IMG/VR virus record: IMGVR_UViG_3300002098_000055
Location: 1 to 47,566 of that record
DNA length: 47,566 nt
Strand: one strand, 5' to 3'
Source of the DNA: a virus
Notes under the pieces: generated by a model
What the model saw: only the letters and a program-made list of their open reading frames with translations
Told to the model about the DNA's origin: nothing
The model's database searches: none
Translations under genes and position numbers: made by a program
Shown: positions 33,059-42,037 of the stretch, in pieces
How the letters are laid out: the number at the start of each line of letters is the position of its first letter
How positions within the stretch are numbered: the stretch's first letter is position 1

Positions 33059-33504
33059 TAAAAGCCACCTATGCGCTGTTCAAAACTGAAGCTATATGTT
33101 TTTGTTTTGAGCCTTCCGGTACTTTGCGCACCGCTAAACGGGAAACCGTCAATAATCACACCATTAACTAGCTGCACAACGTTACCCGCAGGATACTGTA
33201 TGTTAAGTGTGATTATGTCTTGTGCGCCCGTGCGACCGCGCCCGGGTCGGTTAGCTTCAAACAAAATTCCTAAAATCCTGTCGTTAACAGTGCTCGGTAA
33301 TACGCTCATAGTAAATTTAATCGGATTGGCTTTTGACCAAGTAATTAAATCCCCGTTAATTCCCATAGCTGAATCCGCAATCTGTAACACCGGCACGTCA
33401 ATTGCGTCGGTGTCATCGGAAAACTGGTTTAACGTAACGCCCGCCGGATACGTGTTGGACGCTAGCAAGCTAATTTGAATCCCAAACGCTGAAATATTTT
33501 GCAT
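33058..33504 (-). CDS. Tail tube protein (DUF3277-like)
   Basis: The 148-aa ORF lies immediately after the sheath. Confidence 0.6.
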   Translation of the reverse strand: MQNISAFGIQISLLASNTYPAGVTLNQFSDDTDAIDVPVLQIADSAMGINGDLITWSKANPIKFTMSVLPSTVNDRILGILFEANRPGRGRTGAQDIITLNIQYPAGNVVQLVNGVIIDGFPFSGAQSTGRLKTKTYSFSFEQRIGGF

Positions 33505-33514
33505 TACTAGCTCC

Positions 33515-35494
33515 TTAAATTAAAATGTCTGTACCAGACACAAAACGGATAACATCGTCTTTGCTGTATACCAGAGTGTACGCTGCTGTGTACGCGGTAG
33601 CAGGACTTACAGGCGGTACGATTTGGCAGTCTATCCAGTAGCCAACGTCTTGCACTTGGTAGTACGCGTAAGGGTCGTTGGTCACCGAGGTTATATACGA
33701 TTTTTGCGTTGTCGTGAGGGCTTTATTAACACTGATAGAGCCGTTCAGTAACGCCAGATTTATAGGCGCCTGAATCGCGGTTAATAACAATCCTTGACCT
33801 TGTGTGTTCGCTGGTATCTGAGACAGACCTAAAAACAGATTCATGATTTGTACAGCGATTGCGTCTTTTAACCACATCTCGTTAGTGTACGATGTCATAT
33901 CCAGCGGGCTTGTTGATGTGCCTTGCAAAACGCCTGTTTGATAAAAATTAAGAGCTTGCCCGGCTTGCTGCGTATTACCATAGTAATTTACTGCTACAGC
34001 ATCGTATTGATTCGCGGCTGCATCGGTGGTCACCAACGGCGTTAAGTTAGTGAACGGGCCTTGAAACATGTAATTCTGTGCACTGTTCGGAGCTGTGTAA
34101 TCTGTAGCCGCAAGTACCATTGTCGGTATCTGCTCTGGATATTCGTTTAATATAAACGTAAGGACGACAGTAGCCGATGCACTGGCTGCCTGCGATAACG
34201 TCACTACGCCCGTAGCCGTATTAATTGCTGTAATTGTAGTAACCGGAGGGCTTGCAGGAATGCCAGCGCCAGACACGATCATTCCCACCGCTAACGCGCT
34301 GATGTTGCTAACGTTCGTTAATTGAGTAGAGCTGCTCGCGGTAGTTGCCGTAACGCTGATTGAATTACCTGAAAGCGTTAACGCTGTACCCGCGTAAGTA
34401 CCTAGGCCGCCAACGTCGGCTGACCACGCCGCGTAGTTGCTTGACGTAACAGGCACACAAAACATATATGAGTTGTTTTGAGTAATGTTCCACGCTGCTG
34501 CGGCTACCGCATCGGTTAACGACAACGATAAGTTATTCAAGAACAGGAATGAACCGAAATTATTAGATGCCGCTGCTGAGCTTGTAAGCGTCTGAGTTAC
34601 TGTCTCAGCTCCTAACCCGCTTGAAGTAATCGCGCCGCTCACGTAATTACCAAAAGAATCATAAGTAGCTGCGGGCAACCAACCGAGGTAACTTAAACCT
34701 GTGATATCTGTTCCCGCAGAACCCGCTTGAACTGATATTGTAGCGGGCGTTTGTGTTGAACTTACTACACCGCCGGTAAACACGAACTGGCCGTTACCGT
34801 TCACTGTTACAGTACACGCTGAGAAATTCGTGTTGCCATTTGTACGTATGATTTTTTGCAGTATTGCTGCGATTTGGTCGTATCCTGTAACTGCAAAAGC
34901 AAGCGTGGGAGTACCGGAAGCAGTAGCGGCAATTGACAGTGTAATACTTGTACCACTCACAATTGTAGCAATGACCGTATTAGCCGCAATCCCCGTACCT
35001 GTGACACTCATACCCGGCACTAATGCTGCGGTACTAGTTAACCCTGTGACTGTTATTGAGCTGCTTGTGGTCACGCTAGGCTGTGAGCTACTAAACGGGA
35101 TGTTTGTAAACGTCCCGACAATACCCGCAACCGTCAAGCCCAGAGAACCGGTTGTAACCGCATTCCAAACGCTAAAATCCGCTGGGACGTTAGACACAGA
35201 AGAAACGACGCTGGGTGCGCTGTTTTCTGTGGTCCATCGCGCAAACTGTAACGCCTGAGGTACTGTAATTAATTTACTAATAAACGAAAAATAAAACACC
35301 GCTCGAAGGTATTCTTCGGATCCTGTGCCGAAATAACTACCTACGGCCGCTGCTGTCTTAAAAGAAACGAACGTTTGAGGCGGTACAAGCGTACTTCCTG
35401 TAAAAATCCTAGCAACCAGTGACCGCTGGGCGACTACACTAGCGCCCCCCACTCCTGAAGTAATGTCTACATAGCGAGTTATAGAAATTGACAT
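33515..35494 (-). CDS. Tail sheath protein (DUF3383-like) carrying two inserted modules
   Basis: It is a large ORF upstream of the tube, with N-terminus MSISITRYVDITSGVGG. The conserved N- and C-terminal parts flank the insertions. Confidence 0.65.
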   Translation of the reverse strand: MSISITRYVDITSGVGGASVVAQRSLVARIFTGSTLVPPQTFVSFKTAAAVGSYFGTGSEEYLRAVFYFSFISKLITVPQALQFARWTTENSAPSVVSSVSNVPADFSVWNAVTTGSLGLTVAGIVGTFTNIPFSSSQPSVTTSSSITVTGLTSTAALVPGMSVTGTGIAANTVIATIVSGTSITLSIAATASGTPTLAFAVTGYDQIAAILQKIIRTNGNTNFSACTVTVNGNGQFVFTGGVVSSTQTPATISVQAGSAGTDITGLSYLGWLPAATYDSFGNYVSGAITSSGLGAETVTQTLTSSAAASNNFGSFLFLNNLSLSLTDAVAAAAWNITQNNSYMFCVPVTSSNYAAWSADVGGLGTYAGTALTLSGNSISVTATTASSSTQLTNVSNISALAVGMIVSGAGIPASPPVTTITAINTATGVVTLSQAASASATVVLTFILNEYPEQIPTMVLAATDYTAPNSAQNYMFQGPFTNLTPLVTTDAAANQYDAVAVNYYGNTQQAGQALNFYQTGVLQGTSTSPLDMTSYTNEMWLKDAIAVQIMNLFLGLSQIPANTQGQGLLLTAIQAPINLALLNGSISVNKALTTTQKSYITSVTNDPYAYYQVQDVGYWIDCQIVPPVSPATAYTAAYTLVYSKDDVIRFVSGTDILI

Positions 35495-35500
35495 TATATT

Positions 35501-36109
35501 TTACACTCCGTATATGTTTTGAACTATTGGGGGCGTAATCTTAGGCGTTGTCGACGTTCGGACGTTTAAGTACGTTAATACGAAATCGAACGACGGGCTT
35601 GCCTCGAAATTATCGCGGTCATCTACAAAATATGGGTTTGTGACATCTGTGATTCGTAGTATACCTACACCCTGTGCGTTTAGTATAGCCCTAGTTGCGT
35701 CCGACTGCATAAGACATGCGACTTCGTTAACTAAATCCGAAGCCGTGGGGATTGTTAAATCGCTGGGGTTCTGAAGAACGAGCGCAGATACTTGAAACGC
35801 CGTTTCGTAATATTGTGACTCTGAATGTATAAAACTGGATGTGCCTGAGTCCCACACATCCTCGCGGCCCAGAAAACCATAGCGACGGTTATAAATCTTA
35901 GTAAAGAATACCATCGGGGCGGTAGGGATACCCTGTTGCGTTGGCTGGTTCGACTGCTTGACAACGGTTGTTGTAAAACCGTCAGCAACCAACCCCGCTT
36001 GGATTACAGGTAAAAATAATTGTATCAGGGTGTTATCTGTTTGATTAGCCACCGTTAACCCCCCGTCGCTACGACTAGAACGCCCTTCCATCCATCTTGT
36101 GCGTACCAA
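35501..36109 (-). CDS. Tail completion/terminator-region protein (start uncertain; GTG at 36052 avoids overlap)
   Basis: The ORF lies between the neck genes and the sheath. GTG at 36052 sits 3 nt after the upstream stop, behind a G-rich RBS. Confidence 0.5.
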   Translation of the reverse strand: MVRTRWMEGRSSRSDGGLTVANQTDNTLIQLFLPVIQAGLVADGFTTTVVKQSNQPTQQGIPTAPMVFFTKIYNRRYGFLGREDVWDSGTSSFIHSESQYYETAFQVSALVLQNPSDLTIPTASDLVNEVACLMQSDATRAILNAQGVGILRITDVTNPYFVDDRDNFEASPSFDFVLTYLNVRTSTTPKITPPIVQNIYGV

Positions 36110-36420
36110 TCATTATTAGACTCGACTTGATATCGTTTGCCGTTGTACGTCAATTGGTCGCCAGACACATTACGCTGGACATCAAGTAAATCATTTGACG
36201 TGTAGAACGTAGAGTAATCTTTTTGTAAATCTAGTCCGTAAGTTTCATATAGCTGCCTTGGGACCGCTTGAAAACTTCCGTACATTGTGACCGCAGACGC
36301 GTAAGTAGTAACGTCTTGCCCAACGGCATTTGGGGTGCGTGATACGTATTGATAGTATTGCACGACCTGCTTAGCTATAAGCGTAAGCGCCATGTTTAAT
36401 ATGTTCGAACCCGGAATCAC
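36055..36420 (-). CDS. Head-tail joining protein (121 aa)
   Basis: Assigned by position. Confidence 0.5.
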   Translation of the reverse strand: MIPGSNILNMALTLIAKQVVQYYQYVSRTPNAVGQDVTTYASAVTMYGSFQAVPRQLYETYGLDLQKDYSTFYTSNDLLDVQRNVSGDQLTYNGKRYQVESNNDWYAQDGWKGVLVVATGG

Positions 36421-36935
36421 GATTCGCTCGATATTTCGTAAGACACAGACGCAAGCATAAGCCCCGTATCAACAAGCGGTTTGGTAATTGAGCGGGCTTG
36501 AGTTTTATTCAAACGCCCGCTGTGATTGCGTCTCGCTAGACGCGCGTCAATTGTACGTTTCTTTAAAGCGGGTGAGTATACTTGTGTGATTGAATGCTGG
36601 ATATCCCCAACCGCGGCAGTCCCAATGCCTTCTAAAACTTGTGTGACTGTGGCTTTACCATTCACAACAGCTTTCATCCCGCGCTTACCGATGTTCGCCC
36701 ACTTTGTTTCATTGTTCGCAATCGCAGGACGAATAAACGGACGTGCGGGTATGTTGTCAGTGGGGTTTCCGTATTCGTTTTGCGCTGCTACGGATGCGAC
36801 TGGCGTTTTATGCTCGTCATCATAACGCGCACTGGGAAACCAGCCGATTCTAACCGCTAGTGGTTTCATCTCAGAAATCGCCCGCTCAATTACCGTATCG
36901 CTATCGCGTTTTATAGTCACTGAACCCATGGCCAC
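36417..36935 (-). CDS. HK97 gp10-like neck/tail-component protein
   Basis: Motif VASVAAQNEYGNPTDNIPARPFIRPAI. Confidence 0.6.
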   Translation of the reverse strand: MAMGSVTIKRDSDTVIERAISEMKPLAVRIGWFPSARYDDEHKTPVASVAAQNEYGNPTDNIPARPFIRPAIANNETKWANIGKRGMKAVVNGKATVTQVLEGIGTAAVGDIQHSITQVYSPALKKRTIDARLARRNHSGRLNKTQARSITKPLVDTGLMLASVSYEISSES

Positions 36936-37414
36936 ATCCCATTATCTGAGCCTTGAAAACCAGCTCGGACATAAGAGCCGCCAATGTACGAACCGCCCAC
37001 GCTTTGAATCTGGAGCATTGACAGCAACTGTTGACCGAACGGACTCGTACCTAACCACCACTGGAATTGATTCGGGTTTGGCGGGGGTGTCACAGTCACA
37101 TTAACTTTATCAATCGTAGCGTTTTGCATCTGATAGGGCACAGTACCCGGCGCACCGCCAGAACCTGTACCAAACCCGTTACCTGTGTTTATTAAATTCG
37201 TCAGATAGATTAAATGGGACATCATCAACTGGAGCGCGTACTCGCGCTGCGTGCCGTTTATGTACCCAAAATCCGCACTGCTCATGTAATTAGTAGCGTT
37301 ATCCCAGTACCGTTGTAACGTGGCTTGTGGGTAATTTGTAGAATTAGAATACAGCGCGAACTGAGGGTTTGCTATATAACCCGCATAGTCAAAAACCAAC
37401 GTCGCGTATGTCAT
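36917..37414 (-). CDS. Head-tail connector protein (DUF4054-like)
   Basis: Assigned by position and size. The resemblance is weak and judged by eye. Confidence 0.45.
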   Translation of the reverse strand: MTYATLVFDYAGYIANPQFALYSNSTNYPQATLQRYWDNATNYMSSADFGYINGTQREYALQLMMSHLIYLTNLINTGNGFGTGSGGAPGTVPYQMQNATIDKVNVTVTPPPNPNQFQWWLGTSPFGQQLLSMLQIQSVGGSYIGGSYVRAGFQGSDNGMWPWVQ

Positions 37415-37807
37415 CTAGAGCCTCGCTTTTTTCTGTTTGTACGTTGGAGTCTCTTGGCCTAGCTCTTCGTTTTTCTCGAAATCTTTAGGCGTTAGGGGTG
37501 CGCTGTTGTCTTTAGCGCTCATGCTCGCCGCTTTCTTTTCAACGTCACCTAGTTTCTTATCGACAACAATATATCCCGCTTCGACTTGCTGCCTAAACGC
37601 CAACATGCCCTCGAGTAATTCCAATTCTTCATCTGTGACTTTAGTCACAACTCCGCGTGGGGTATCCATGCCTTGTGGGTTTTTTATGCCGTGCCCGCCT
37701 TTAATCTCAATCTTGCGTATTACGCGCGATAAGGCGTTAGGGTCTGTTTTTGGGGCGTAAACGGGGAACGTGTTTCCGCAAGTCATCGTTGAGTAAATAA
37801 AAGGCAT
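37415..37807 (-). CDS. Hypothetical structural-module protein (130 aa)
   Basis: Its stop codon (37415-37417) directly abuts the ATG of the next gene (37414). Confidence 0.55.
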   Translation of the reverse strand: MPFIYSTMTCGNTFPVYAPKTDPNALSRVIRKIEIKGGHGIKNPQGMDTPRGVVTKVTDEELELLEGMLAFRQQVEAGYIVVDKKLGDVEKKAASMSAKDNSAPLTPKDFEKNEELGQETPTYKQKKARL

Positions 37808-37947
37808 TTCCTAATTCTCCATTGAATTTATAGTATCTATAATATACCATATGAGGGCAAAGTCTAGGGTAGCTCCTGAAAAACTCGCCTCATCCTCGGG
37901 TCGACTTTGCACCTACCTCGGATGATTAACTATAAGGATGGATAGCC

Positions 37948-38130
37948 ATGACCGAAATCACGATAGAACAATTTATATCTCAAGAAGTAAGAATCAGATT
38001 ATTACAAGAAAACTTAAAACGTATAGACGAACGGTTTGATAAACTTACATCGCTACTTATAAAAATAGGCTCTGGTTTATTTGTGACTATTATCGCGCCG
38101 GTGGCGCTACATTTGCTTGGATGGATATAG
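37948..38130 (+). CDS. Small protein with N-terminal coiled coil and C-terminal TM helix (XhlA/holin-like architecture)
   Basis: The sequence ends ...RIDERFDKLTSLLIKIGSGLFVTIIAPVALHLLGWI. An AAGGA RBS precedes it. Confidence 0.45.
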   Translation: MTEITIEQFISQEVRIRLLQENLKRIDERFDKLTSLLIKIGSGLFVTIIAPVALHLLGWI

Positions 38131-38801
38131 GCGCAATGAAAACTTGTACTAAGTGTGGCGTTGAGAAGGCGGTTAGTGAGTTTAGTGTTAACCGGTCGAC
38201 TAAAGATAATTTAAATTACTATTGCAGGTCTTGCGCCAAACAGAAGTTTAAAGCGTGGAGCGAAAACAACGTTGCTCAAGAAAAAGAGCGTTGTAAACAA
38301 CACTATCTAAGCCATTCTAAAGAAAAATACGAGTACAATAAAAATTGGATTGCAAATAATCGAGATAAAGTACTAGCGCAAAAGAAAAGGCACTATCTAA
38401 AAAATAAAGAAAAAATATTGGTTAAAACCGCGCAATACTATAGAAATAATTTTGAGAATCTAGCGAAAGCTAAAAAAATTTGGAACCTTAACAACTCCGA
38501 TAAAATGAAGGCGTATTTTGACGATTACTGGAGAAGCAATAAAGATAAGTACTACCAAAGAAACGCCAACCGAAGGGCTTTTAAGTTGCAAGCGTGCGTA
38601 TCTTGGGCGGATTTAGATAAGATTAAAGCTATTTATGCAGAAGCTCAAAGGCTAACAGAAATTACTGGCCTTGTTCATCACGTAGACCACATCATCCCCC
38701 TTCAATCTAAATACGTTTGTGGGCTTCATCACGAAAACAATTTACAAATACTCACTTGGTATGAAAACTTAACCAAGAGTAATAAATTTACCCCTGGCTA
38801 A
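38121..38801 (+). CDS. HNH homing endonuclease (likely start 38136, MKTCTKCG...)
   Basis: The HNH core is HHVDHIIPL ... HHENNLQILTWYENLTKSNK. The N-terminal zinc ribbon is CTKCG...CRSC. It is AT-rich and lies on the strand opposite the surrounding late genes. Confidence 0.8.
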   Translation: MDIGAMKTCTKCGVEKAVSEFSVNRSTKDNLNYYCRSCAKQKFKAWSENNVAQEKERCKQHYLSHSKEKYEYNKNWIANNRDKVLAQKKRHYLKNKEKILVKTAQYYRNNFENLAKAKKIWNLNNSDKMKAYFDDYWRSNKDKYYQRNANRRAFKLQACVSWADLDKIKAIYAEAQRLTEITGLVHHVDHIIPLQSKYVCGLHHENNLQILTWYENLTKSNKFTPG

Positions 38802-38823
38802 GTTATTTACTAACTGTACAAAT

Positions 38824-39942
38824 TTAAATACCGCTGTAGCGCACCACTGCGAATGGACGCTTGCACATTACGCCGGCAGTTGCACAAGAATAGTCTTCTT
38901 CATACGCTTTGGCCAGCTGCATGACGCCCAACACTTGAAACTTAGCAGGAACCATCTGAATAAACGTCTGGCCACCGTCAGTACTCATGTCGTCGACTTT
39001 ATCGGCAAACATGTAGAACACGTTCGCGCTTCCGTTTGCATTGTTCAACTGTGGAGCTGAAACAACACGACAACGTGGGTACGCGCCTGCAAGCCAAGTG
39101 CGAACAGAGATACCGAAATCTGAAGTTACAGTCAGATAATCCACCGCGTCGGTTGCAATCGCTAGGGTTAAATCTACTTTTTCAGGGTCGATAGTATCTT
39201 GTGACTGAGTTCTTAAAGCCACAATTGCTACGCGGATGTCGTTTGTAATTTCCAAGAATGTCTTGTTCGCCCAAAGGGTAGAAGTTCCCGCGGCATTCAG
39301 AGCTACGGTGGTATAATTGCCTAGACCGGGGTCGTTAAGAAAACCGTAGGTGTTGTTATTGCCGGAGTTAAACCCAACGAAACCAACAGAGTTACGAATA
39401 ATCTCAAGTGCAAGAGCGGCCGCCTCGCGCTTCATACCCGAATCGTCTACGCGCAAACGTGCAGCACGAGCGGACTCTAATACGCCAACTTTCATACCTT
39501 CTTCAAACCGGACTACCGTTCTGTAGTTGAAGTTAGTATTCCAAGATGATAATGGGACGTTAGTGTAATCGCCATAAACTTGGGACGTACCTGTGCGCTC
39601 CAATAGACCTTGGACGACCTGTTCGTCTTCCCACGAGCCGGTTGTCATAATACCAACGATATCGTCAATTTTACGAGCCGCTGTAATTACAAACACAAAG
39701 CCGGGTAACCAGTTTTGCAAAAACTGTACTGGCGTTCCTATGCTTCCTTGCGTAACTGTAGGCGGTAAGCTGTCCATTGCCATATTAGCCATAGCTTTAT
39801 GACCGCGGTACATTTGGTCAACAACGTGCCGGTTCAGGTTAATACCCAAGCGAGGTAACGCCTCGTATTCTTTATGGTCAAAATTTGCCAACGCTCTTAC
39901 TTGTCGCGCTAGCAAATTCGATTTAATTTCGGTAGCTCTCAT
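38824..39942 (-). CDS. Major capsid protein (DUF2184-like)
   Basis: The 372-aa ORF follows the scaffold and decoration genes. Its flanks suggest strong expression. Confidence 0.7.
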   Translation of the reverse strand: MRATEIKSNLLARQVRALANFDHKEYEALPRLGINLNRHVVDQMYRGHKAMANMAMDSLPPTVTQGSIGTPVQFLQNWLPGFVFVITAARKIDDIVGIMTTGSWEDEQVVQGLLERTGTSQVYGDYTNVPLSSWNTNFNYRTVVRFEEGMKVGVLESARAARLRVDDSGMKREAAALALEIIRNSVGFVGFNSGNNNTYGFLNDPGLGNYTTVALNAAGTSTLWANKTFLEITNDIRVAIVALRTQSQDTIDPEKVDLTLAIATDAVDYLTVTSDFGISVRTWLAGAYPRCRVVSAPQLNNANGSANVFYMFADKVDDMSTDGGQTFIQMVPAKFQVLGVMQLAKAYEEDYSCATAGVMCKRPFAVVRYSGI

Positions 39943-39958
39943 TTTCTATATCCTTATG

Positions 39959-40684
39959 TTATGCAGGGACGGTTAGCGTTGGAGTCATAGTAATAACAGC
40001 CAAACCAGCACCAGAAACCGTGTAATAATCTACGACCGCTTGAGCGAATGATTTACCAGCCGGTAAGTTGTCGCCAGACGGAGTAAAGGTTAACGTAACG
40101 GTTCCACTTGCGGTAGCCGCTGCGGATATAACAATAGAGGTATTAGCAGTCACAGAAACTACAGTAGCGTTTGCTGGAATACCTGTACCTGATACGGGTT
40201 GCCCTGCAAAAACGCCAGATGTGCTCGCCATTGTTACCGTTGTGCTTGTGCTTGTTGTAGTACCGGGCAGTGTAAACGGGGCACTTGAAATCGTAGATAA
40301 CGCACCAGTGGTGTTATCAAAAATCACGGTGTCCCCGATTGCCGCTGCTGCTGGTAAAGTCACAACAAAACTACCCATCGTAGCGCATTCGACCGCTGCG
40401 TAATTTGGAACTGTTAAAGTGGGAGCCAGAGGCGCGCCACTTGTACCAAATAATGCTTGGTCTTTAGGGTCGACTAAAATACCGGCAAACGGCAGGCTTG
40501 CGGATGTTTTACCAGCCGCACAAAAACCCTGAGAAGTTACAGAGCACGCGGTGGCCCCAATAATATTATAAGCCGCTGAAGCGGAGTTAATTGTATAAGA
40601 CTCGGCTCTGGTAGGGCCGTCGGTAAATTGTTCGCCGGGTACGCCAAAACCCTGCGCTAGTGATACAGTTGATTGAAAACCCAT
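39959..40684 (-). CDS. Capsid decoration/cement-like protein carrying one inserted module
   Basis: It lies between the scaffold-like gene and the capsid gene. The composition is Gly/Ala/Thr-rich. Confidence 0.5.
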   Translation of the reverse strand: MGFQSTVSLAQGFGVPGEQFTDGPTRAESYTINSASAAYNIIGATACSVTSQGFCAAGKTSASLPFAGILVDPKDQALFGTSGAPLAPTLTVPNYAAVECATMGSFVVTLPAAAAIGDTVIFDNTTGALSTISSAPFTLPGTTTSTSTTVTMASTSGVFAGQPVSGTGIPANATVVSVTANTSIVISAAATASGTVTLTFTPSGDNLPAGKSFAQAVVDYYTVSGAGLAVITMTPTLTVPA

Positions 40685-40686
40685 GA

Positions 40687-41961
40687 TTATTCGCCTCCCG
40701 CTAAGTATTTATCGATACAGCTAGATTTTACGGCAGAGTCTTGACCGACGGCTGCAACGCTAACACGTGCGCCACGCAAGTAGCCCTCAATCGCCGCGTG
40801 TTCGTGTCCTTTCTGACAAGGTACGCCCAAACGCTTAACCGCGTAGCCTGCCACTTCAGATAATGTTTTTTCTTTATGGTCAAACACGCCAATGTGTGGC
40901 TGTAGACGTTTAGCTAGCGCGTCCCGAGCTGCAATTTCTTTAAATACGTTTTTCATAGAGTCCATGCCTTTAGAATCTTCTGGTTTTTCCATGTCTTCGT
41001 CCTCGGCTTTCTCTTCTTCGGATTCGTCCTCGGCTTTCTCTTCTTCGGATTCGTCTTCGTTAAGCTTAGCTTTTTCAACAAACATAGCGGGGTCGGCTTC
41101 ATCTTCGGATTTTTCTTCTTCAGGCTCGGCTTCGTCTTTAGCTTTCATCGCGCTCATTTCGTCGCGTAATTCTTTTAACATCTTGAAACATTCGGCAAGG
41201 CTCATTTCGCCCTCGTCCGCTGCTGTTTCTTCCTCTCTAATCTCATCTGCCATCACTAGCCCCTTGGTGTCAAAAGTAAATTTAAAATGATCGAGTACCG
41301 CGACATCTGGCCCCGAGCGCCCCTCATCGACTAAAGCCACATGATTACCGCGGATTTGCCGTTGAACAGCATCATATCTCACCCCATTGTACACACCGCT
41401 CACAATATCGTAAATACATCGGTAGCCTATGGACAACTCTTTCTTGCCGGAGTCAATAAGCTCAGCCAGTTTATTTGAAAATATTTTTAGGTTTGCTTTA
41501 AGGTAGCCGTCCTCGAAATACACATCCTCGCCGATTACGCCTTGAATGCCTTTGCGCTCAGCGGGCGTTAAGCCCTCGTCACTTCCTAGCATCGCGTGTT
41601 CATCAACCCACGGGATTAGTTTAAAAGATTCTATAGTTTCGGGGTCGTTTAATTCTTCTTCGGGACGGTATACTTGATAGATACGGTCGGGTTCTAGCTC
41701 GCTTGATATCTGTTGTCCGCTGTAGGGGAACACGCCTACTTTAGAGATTGGGTTGCCCTTAATCTCGGCCCATCCGTTGATATCTTCGGTTCTAGCTGAT
41801 TGTGTGTCTATCGTTAAATCGAGGATAGACCCTTCGTCCTCTCCTGCTTCTTTGTACGCAATCGCGGCGGCCTGTGACGGTTTATGCCCCGCGCGTTCCA
41901 ATTCTGCTATATTTTCGCCAATTACTTTACGGCTGGACCCTTGTTGTAAAGGCATAGACAC
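40687..41961 (-). CDS. Scaffold / prohead protease-like protein (DUF2213-like) with acidic tandem repeat
   Basis: Assigned by position. The C-terminal acidic repeat is EDESEEEKA x2.3. Confidence 0.55.
   Translation of the reverse strand: MSMPLQQGSSRKVIGENIAELERAGHKPSQAAAIAYKEAGEDEGSILDLTIDTQSARTEDINGWAEIKGNPISKVGVFPYSGQQISSELEPDRIYQVYRPEEELNDPETIESFKLIPWVDEHAMLGSDEGLTPAERKGIQGVIGEDVYFEDGYLKANLKIFSNKLAELIDSGKKELSIGYRCIYDIVSGVYNGVRYDAVQRQIRGNHVALVDEGRSGPDVAVLDHFKFTFDTKGLVMADEIREEETAADEGEMSLAECFKMLKELRDEMSAMKAKDEAEPEEEKSEDEADPAMFVEKAKLNEDESEEEKAEDESEEEKAEDEDMEKPEDSKGMDSMKNVFKEIAARDALAKRLQPHIGVFDHKEKTLSEVAGYAVKRLGVPCQKGHEHAAIEGYLRGARVSVAAVGQDSAVKSSCIDKYLAGGE
40997..41059. repeat. 27-bp tandem repeat x2.3 inside the scaffold-like gene
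   Basis: The unit tcgtcctcggctttctcttcttcggat occurs at 40997-41023 and 41024-41050, with a partial third copy. Confidence 0.9.
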
Positions 41962-41983
41962 AAACTCCTAGTTTTATATACGT

Positions 41984-42012
41984 ATCGTATTCCAATGATT
42001 AAAAACTTTCAA
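41984..42012 (-). promoter_or_regulatory. Candidate promoter TTGAAA-17 nt-TACGAT upstream of the scaffold/capsid genes
   Basis: Minus-strand motif in the 76-nt gap, followed by an AGGAG RBS. Confidence 0.35.
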
Positions 42013-42037
42013 TCACCCCCGCTATAAACCATCTTGC

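Noticed and set aside
37861-37947. Apparent inverted repeat around CCTCGG upstream of the 60-aa gene
   Set aside because: On checking, the two CCTCGG copies are direct repeats, not complementary, so no hairpin forms.
25353-41290. Long plus-strand ORFs inside minus-strand structural genes (e.g. 25353-25778, 27126-27524, 27543-27908, 30081-30488, 33071-33478, 34830-35258, 36526-36825, 37437-37760, 40068-40403, 40892-41290)
   Set aside because: Each lies wholly within a longer, motif-bearing minus-strand gene and looks like a typical complementary-frame artefact of biased codon usage. I see no start context for any of them.
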